Source: Paraspadella gotoi
Taxonomy: Eukaryota > Animalia > Chaetognatha
Assembly (NCBI GenBank): GCA_051294375.1
Contig: CM119264.1
Coordinates: 17,062,278 to 17,126,277, forward strand
Length of the DNA stretch: 64,000 bases
Direction of reading: 5' to 3'
Both the position numbers and the translations under genes were made by a program. The notes below the pieces were generated by a model. It was given only the letters and a program-made list of their open reading frames with translations. It did no database searches and was not told the origin of the DNA. Within the stretch, counting starts at the first letter, position 1. Each line of letters starts with the position of its first letter. This document shows positions 57,268-64,000 of the stretch, one piece after another.

Positions 57268-57378
57268 TTCTTTCATTAAGTGGGTTAAAAATTTAAAAAA
57301 CTATATTTAATATGGAAAAAGTAAATTTTCAGCTTAAAATATAGCTTTTTCTCATTTTTGACCCACTTAATGAAGGAA
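57268..57378. mobile_element. Imperfect ~110 bp palindrome, MITE/foldback-like
   Basis: ttcattaagtgggttaaaaat pairs with atttttgacccacttaatgaa (1 mismatch); pairing continues inward (ctatatt/aatatag). Confidence 0.45.
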
Positions 57379-57760
57379 TTTTTCAAAAAGAGTTATATTT
57401 CTTTTTATCAACTTTTAATGACGAATCCAAATCTGCAAAAAAATCTTACAAAAAACTGTTTTGAAATTTTAACATTTATTGGTTTAGTACTAGTATAAAT
57501 ATGGCCTACTGCGTAAATTGTAAAATTTATTATAAATTTTTTTATTACATAAATGTTCATTAATATAATATTGTTCGTTCCTCACTTTTAGAATTTTAAT
57601 TAAAGTTAAATTAGAAAATTTACTACGCCTTACTCTCCCACCCTTTCCACCCCCCCCGCCTCCTCGTCCTCTCACTCACCTCTCAACTAAACTGTCGGCA
57701 CCTTCTTAAAATTCTCTCCTCGCATCTTTTCTCTTTCCTTTCGGCGATCTCCTTTAAATT

Positions 57761-57801
<41 letters not shown>

Positions 57802-58222
57802 ATCCTCTCCACCGACCCTCCCTTCCTCCCCCAAAACCTTTTCCTCCCGCTGCAGGCCGGTCTTCGTTTCATCTCGTGTGGCAGGAAAAAAGTGAAAACG
57901 GATTCTTTGAGGAATAAAGAATCTAGGACGTAAATTCGGTGGTGGAGTGAGGGCGAGCAGGGTGGGGAGGTGGGGTGCTCGTCGGTTTAGAGAAAGGAAA
58001 CGTAAAAAATCTCAAAACCGGAAGAGAAGTGTTTCTTCTTTTCTGTTAGATGCGAAATTGAGGCGAGTGTGAGCTAAAGATGAGATATAAGATTCCTTCT
58101 CTTCTGGTTCAGCATCGCGAATTGCATCGAAGCTGTATATGTAAAGAATATTTTCAATGATTGAAAATTTTAAATTCTACTACTAAACGTCGTCGTTAAT
58201 TTCTTAAATTTGGTTAATTTTC

Positions 58223-58262
<40 letters not shown>

Positions 58263-59104
58263 TTAAATTTTTTAATTGCCAAATTATTTACAACTGCCAA
58301 AATAATTACTACTAAGATAAAAAAAAAAGTGTTAGTTTTTCCAGTGTGTAGTAAGTTTTATCTTATATCTTCTGAAACACTATCCTCCGAAAAAAAAAAG
58401 TTTTAAAAATTTATCCAAAAAAACCAAGTTGAGTCGAAGGAAACGATTTGAAGACCGAATCTCAAAGACTGAGATGCTTTCTTCGATAAACTTTCGAAAC
58501 CCACGCAGAATTCAGAAACGTCTCCCCAAACTCAAACTAACCCATTCTCTTTGTCTGACCCCGAGAACTAGGGTGTTCCAAAAATTGTTAAAACGCAAAA
58601 AAATTAATTACGAATATATTTTACTAAATGACTATTCCAGACCTCTAGTCTTGTACGATTTTATACGATATCAATTTAATTTATAAAAAGCTATCCGGCA
58701 AAATTTTCTGTAATGAACTTTAAAAAATTTCCACCAAAAACATTCTTAAATGTAAATAAAAATCGAAATATTTTTCAAATTTTTGAAATACTTAATAGAG
58801 TGGGGTAAGAGATTGCCGATTCTGAGATGCCTCCAGACCCCGGCCACGATCTTCATAAGTAAAATGAATTTGGGCTCTCAACTCATTCATTCATTCATTC
58901 ATTTATTCATTCAATGATCGGGAAAAAAAGTCTAGCAAAAGCTACAACAACGACAAATGAAGATGTACTACTGCTGGATACACGGATTTCGTCTTTGACA
59001 TTTTCGATATTTGAAAAAAATGCTAATTTACATTGGTTGAATCAACAACAATTTACAGATGGGAACTTTTTAATTCTTTAAGTTCTCCCTTTCCCGAATC
59101 TACA

Positions 59105-59150
<46 letters not shown>

Positions 59151-59486
59151 ATTTTTCTCTCTCGCAATTTTTCTCTCTCGTCTCTTAGTTTCTTTAAATA
59201 AATTTATTCATAAAAAAAGGAAAAAAAAAATGAACGAAAAAATGAACGAAAAAAATGAACGAAGCTCGGCCGTAGTTTAATACTCACGATATTTATCCAT
59301 CCGGATCCCCGAAAAAAAAAGAATAACAACTAAATTTTTTTTTAATTGAAAAGAAAAAATCTGCAAGAAAAAGCAAAGATTTCGGTTGGGGGAAAATTCA
59401 AAGTTTATTTTCTCACATTTCGTTTCTTTTCAGTTTAAAAAAGAAGAAAAACACGACGCCAAGATTTAAAAGCGAAAGAGCGAAAC

Positions 59487-59493
59487 TATAAAA
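59487..59493 (+). promoter_or_regulatory. Candidate TATA box of the sHSP gene
   Basis: TATAAAA about 80 nt upstream of the ATG, with TCAG about 35 nt further on; the A-rich context weakens it. Confidence 0.3.
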
Positions 59494-59569
59494 AAACATT
59501 AAATTTACAAGGATATTCGAAATCAGCGATTCTCGTCTCTCCCGATTCTTTAATCCTCATTGACGAACG

Positions 59570-59697
59570 ATGGCGCGCGGGTTCGACGACCCTTTCTTCC
59601 AGCAGCACATGTCGCTGGTTCCGCTGCAGCGCCGCAACGTCACAGTGATGGATAAGCTGCTGAACAGGGACCAATCGCTCATCCAAAGGTTTCACAG
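59570..59697 (+). CDS. sHSP coding exon 1 (MARGFDDPFFQQHMSLVPLQRRNVTVMDKLLNRDQSLIQRFH)
   Basis: ATG at 59570; GC-rich open frame with a DDPFF motif typical of sHSP N-termini; ends at CAG|GTAATC donor (phase 2). Confidence 0.8.
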
Positions 59698-60563
59698 GTA
59701 ATCCTTCACTGTCGTCGGCGACGGCGGAAAGCGCGCCCTCTTTCGCTCACGCGCTTTCTCTGAGGGAGGCCGAGGGGGGAGGTGGGTGGGCCTGGCTCGC
59801 GACGTTTGTTTTCGGAACGTCGAACGCTTATGACGTCAATCTGTCTGTTCTTTGTTCTTCAGCTGAGACGTGTCTTTCTCTCTCTCTACATATCTGCTTC
59901 GGCCTTTCTTTCTCTCTCTCTCTCTCTCAAGCTCTCATCGTTTCTCGCCTTCTCTATCTCTATCTCTCGCTCTCCCATCTATCTCGATAGATCAGATTTG
60001 TTAATTAACTAAATTGACCAAGATGAAGAAACATTGCATAAGATACTTAGATACGAAATGTTTACTATCTAGTATCTACTTTTGCTATGCTACTTATGTT
60101 TAATTATTTTTGATTAATACCACTAACATCACTTACCCGTTGGATAAGGTTCTTCCGAGTAGTCAGTCCATCAGCACCGAAATAATTTGTTGCGCGAACG
60201 CTTCATCTCCGAAGCAAAAGGTTCCGGTTTCTTGCCATGCCTGATCCAAATTTCAGGAAAGCAAGGCAACTGACGTGGCTAATAAGTAATCACGCTTTCA
60301 GAGTGGCATGACGAACCACTTAACATATTTTCCCACTTTCTTGAGGAGGAAAAGATAATTCTTCCTTTCTATTAACGTAAAATCAATATATGTAAAATTT
60401 GAATACTTAAAACTAATTGTAAATATGAACTCTGCAGAGACGTGGGACGGGATTTCGAATCTTATTCCATCCAACGTGTCGAGGATGGACGATGATATGC
60501 GTCGCTTCGCAACCTCCGAAATGGATCTTTCGCAGGACAAATATGTACAGATGGCGTTATATT

Positions 60564-60637
<74 letters not shown>

Positions 60638-61897
60638 CTCTCTCTCTCTCTCCTCTCTCTCTCTCTTCGTTTATGTACATTGTACAATACGTTTACCACT
60701 ACTTATTAACTAGTCTTATGCCGGGCGACTCCCGTCGATCCCACGATCTCGTCTCTCTCCAAGATCCGGGTCACATCGTCGCCGAAAATGGCGCCCAAAA
60801 GTTTCAAGTCAGACTCGACGTCTCCAAGTTCAAGCCGGAAGAGATCGAGGTGGGCGGAGAAAAGAAAAAATACCTTCAAACATATTATACTATGATTTAA
60901 GGAAAAACTATTGCGCCGAGTGTAATTTTTGTGATTAAATTAATTTAAAATTCAAGTTCAAACGTCTTCTACTAATTTAAAAACACAACGAAACGAAAGG
61001 AAATTCACGATTTAAAATTTTAAATTAAGTCGAAGACCTCAATAGTTTTTCGTCTTCAAAACTACATGAAATTAAAAAATATTAATAATGATAATAATAT
61101 ATCTATGACTTTCAAATGGTCTCTCCACGGCTAATTTAATCATATATTTTAAATTTTCTTAATCGTAAAATGGCCGTCCTTTCTCCGCTTTCAAAAACAA
61201 TATATAAATGAAAATGTTCGTATTTCGGTAATTATTATATCTTATATTATTGTATTAATAATAAGAATCCTAAGCTTCGAAAGTTAAAGCCCTACGTCCA
61301 ACCAAGCCCCAAAATAGAATATTCGGTTGAGGAAGACGAAAACCGGAAGTGATGTTTTGGACCGTGTTTTGAATCGTGTTTTGGAAGCTCAAATTTAGTT
61401 TTCATTTTGAAAAAAAAATCTAAGGGAAAAAAATAAGAGGATGGGTTGAGGAGAAAGGAGGAGGAAAAGCAAAGTTGTTTTGAGAAGACTTTTTTGTTTG
61501 GTGGAGGGATAATTTTTCACGAATTAATATAATGTTTTACTGTATGTATTTTGTATAATGGTATATTTTGCCCCCAGGTAAAGGCAAAAGATAATCAACT
61601 GATGGTTCATGCCAAACACTGCGAAGAATCCAATGGATCTAAATCATATGCAGAATATCAACAACAAGTATGTTTTTCTTATATGAGTGGTGAAATGAGT
61701 GAAAATTAAAATGTTCAATTACAGTGAACGAGTAAATAATTCCAAATGTAATTTTCTTACAGTACTTGCTCCCGAAGATAGTGGATCCAACCACTCTTGC
61801 ATCGAGCCTCTCCGACGACGGGGTCCTCACTATAGAAGCGCCGGTCACTGCCGCACTCCCGGCTTCCGAACAGAAGCTGCCCATTAAGAACAAATGA
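59570..61897 (+). CDS. Small heat-shock protein (alpha-crystallin/HSP20 domain), multi-exon gene; resembles the invertebrate Hsp21.4/CG14207-type sHSP
   Basis: Manual splicing of 59570-59697, (60438-60544), 60714-60849, 61578-61667 and 61763-61897 gives MARGFDDPFFQQHMSLVPLQRRNVTVMDKLL...KFQVRLDVSKFKPEEIE|VKAKDNQLMVHAKHCEESNGSKSYAEYQQQ|YLLPKIVDPTTLASSLSDDGVLTIEAPVTAALPASEQKLPIKNK*. It has the ACD hallmarks (LDVSxFxPEEI, VHAKH, LLP..VDP, SSLSxDGVLTIEAP), a C-terminal IxI-like LPI and GT-AG introns. Exons 1+3+4+5 total 489 nt, an intact 162-aa frame. Confidence 0.93.
60438..60544 (+). CDS. sHSP probable exon 2, out of frame as assembled
   Basis: ctgcag acceptor and weak GTACAG donor. Reads RDVGRDFESY in the entry frame and SRMDDDMRRFATSEM in another frame, similar to the 'EMRKMEEEMxKF' N-terminal helix of this sHSP type. 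Length is 107 nt, not a multiple of 3. Confidence 0.55.
60714..60849 (+). CDS. sHSP exon 3 (LMPGDSRRSHDLVSLQDPGHIVAENGAQKFQVRLDVSKFKPEEIE)
   Basis: taactag acceptor, GAG|GTGGGC donor; encodes the start of the ACD (KFQVRLDVSKFKPEEI). Confidence 0.92.
61578..61667 (+). CDS. sHSP exon 4 (VKAKDNQLMVHAKHCEESNGSKSYAEYQQQ)
   Basis: ttttgcccccag acceptor, CAA|GTATGT donor; 90 nt, phase 0-0; continues the ACD. Confidence 0.93.
61763..61897 (+). CDS. sHSP terminal exon (YLLPKIVDPTTLASSLSDDGVLTIEAPVTAALPASEQKLPIKNK*)
   Basis: ttttcttacag acceptor; LSxDGVLTIEAP signature; TGA at 61895-61897. Confidence 0.95.
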   Translation, partial: YLLPKIVDPTTLASSLSDDGVLTIEAPVTAALPASEQKLPIKNK

Positions 61898-62580
61898 ACA
61901 AATGAACTGCGATATTCGGCGGCGCATATCTGAAATTAAAACGAGGAAAAGATGGAAAGAAACATTTTGATCGGTGTTTAATACTCTTTAAGTTAAGTAT
62001 GTATGTTGGAACAAAGCGTCGAAAAACAAAATAAGGAACGGGAACATCGATCTAAAAAGACTGTTTCGGTTGAAATTCTGGAAATGCAATTAAAGTCGTC
62101 TATTTCCCTGTCTCAGTAATATTTTTTAAAGCGATTTATCTATGTGTCAATTGTCAATTGTTTTAAACAAACTTAATACGAAAATATTGCGCAAAGAGAC
62201 TTTTTTCTTCAAAGTAAAAAAATGTTTTTCTTACGTAGCAGAGAATTTTGGAAGGCGCGTATTCATAAGATTACTTGATTTTGGAGAAAAAAAAAAAACT
62301 TAAGCAGCATAAACTAGCGAATTCGGCTTAACGAGACGTAGATGGCGCAAATATATCATTTGGCGCTGAGAGCGAGAACTTAAATGTCGGGAGCTGGGAG
62401 GAGAAAAAGCAAATATTGGGAGGGTGAAGGGAAAAGAGAGTGTGAGAAAAAACCCCGAATCACCATGGAGATAAGTTTTGCGTCGCATTTTAAAGGGAAC
62501 CCGCGGGACTCATCAATGAGTCCAGGCTAAGAGAGATGGAGAACCAGTCAGAGGAGGGAGAGGGAGCTGGAGAAAGTGAA

Positions 62581-62722
<142 letters not shown>

Positions 62723-62777
62723 GCTGCCGACTAAGAAGAATTTCCCTTTTCCTCCTGATCCGGGGACGCGCGAAAGC

Positions 62778-62846
62778 GTTACCATGGCAACCTCATCCCG
62801 TGCGCGCGCTCGAACGACGAAGAAGCGTCAGCGTTACCACGACAAC
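62778..62846. promoter_or_regulatory. Pair of RFX X-box motifs in a CpG-rich island
   Basis: GTTACCATGGCAAC (62778-62791) fits the GTHNYYATRRNAAC consensus exactly; GTTACCACGACAAC (62833-62846) has one mismatch. Both lie between two long (GA)n tracts. Confidence 0.55.
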
Positions 62847-63060
62847 GAGAACGTTCGTCGCACGTTGTTGCGCACGCGAAGAACTCGTGCGCGCACGCTT
62901 CTCTCTCTCTCTCTCGTTGGCGCGCGAAAGAAAATATGGAGTCTTCCTCGCCTCCTCGACTTCTCCCTTCTTCTCAAGACTCATTTGCGCATCAGTGCCG
63001 CATTTGTGAAAAAAAAGGGAGGCGAGTGAGAGTGAGAGGAGAGTGAGAGAGAGAGAGAAG

Positions 63061-63130
<70 letters not shown>

Positions 63131-64000
63131 AGAAAGAGAGACGACGAGAGAGAGAGAAAGAGAGAGAGAGAGACGCGTTTGGGTTCAAACCGAGGTTGTG
63201 AAACTTTTTTCTCTCATTTGTTTGTGGGAGGAAAGAATTACGTTTTTTGAGAGGGAAGACTATAGGGGGGAATGAGATAGTAACTGTAGCAATAATATCG
63301 TTGCGAAACTGCTGTGGATTATGTTTTTTATTTGTTGAGGCCTTGACCTCGATCATGAAAACTTTGTAAACAATATTGACTAAACATATAAAGCACAAAC
63401 CCATCGCCGTCTCCCTCAGATTGACTATAATCTTTCATTTTTAAAATCCACAAACATTTTCACTCAAAACCGGGAACTTGATTAAAGGTGAAGTGTTCAC
63501 TCTTCAGTGGATCAGCGTCGTGGACTAAATATAACAATTTTTTTTAGGCCACGGTAGAATCGCCTGTGAAGCCCCGGGAACTGGGCAGCTCACCAAGAAC
63601 CTTGGAGGGGCAACGGACTCTTCAACGGACCCTTCATCCTTGCTTCCATCAATTGCCACAGGCGCGGTCGTCAAGCTTTGTCAAGAAAAGAGAGTAAATC
63701 CTGTGGCGCGTTGGTTGTTGACTTTCGTTGAGGAAACTTGTCAACCTGTCTTAAAAACACGCGTTTTTCAAAAAACAAAACAACAACAAAACAAAAACAC
63801 AATAACAAAAACAAAAAACAACAACTAAAAAAACGAAGTAAATCTAACGCGGCCTCGCTTGATTATTTATTCCCCGACGTCTCGAGTTCAACGAGGTCAA
63901 ATTTTGTATCCAACGGGGAAATCAAAGTTTCGTCCGACGGCCGCCTATTTCGACCTCACGTGGTTTTGCTTTCGCCTTTCCCGTTAATTCTTATAATGGT

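Noticed and set aside
59391-59400. gGAAaaTTCa as a heat-shock element for the sHSP
   Set aside because: Only two nGAAn units; a functional HSE normally needs three, and two are expected by chance in AT-rich DNA.

Overview
AT-rich, intron-containing animal (invertebrate-like) genomic DNA saturated with (GA/CT)n microsatellites; nearly all ORF-track entries are low-complexity artefacts. The only gene I can identify with confidence is a small heat-shock protein (alpha-crystallin/HSP20 domain, resembling the intron-containing Hsp21.4/CG14207 type) at 59570-61897 (+). Its second exon is out of frame as assembled, and its normally conserved D109/R120-equivalent dimer salt-bridge pair reads N/Q. Much of 5230-39493 is duplicated: a ~14 kb inverted duplication (7706-21709 vs ~24500-39493), a 2.4 kb direct duplication (5230-7670 vs 22041-24430), a 1.2 kb duplication across a gap and a triplicated 280 bp islet. 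All are tied to 25-N gaps and indel-noisy sequence, so they are most likely long-read gap-filling artefacts, although a heterozygous inversion is not excluded. Other signals are a clean 104-bp-arm hairpin at 39641-39864, a paired RFX X-box candidate promoter at 62778-62846, G-quadruplex-type (GGGGATT)n arrays, small MITE-like palindromes and possible cryptic exons. I see no rRNA, tRNA, CRISPR array or autonomous transposon, and no clearly new biological system that the sequence alone supports.
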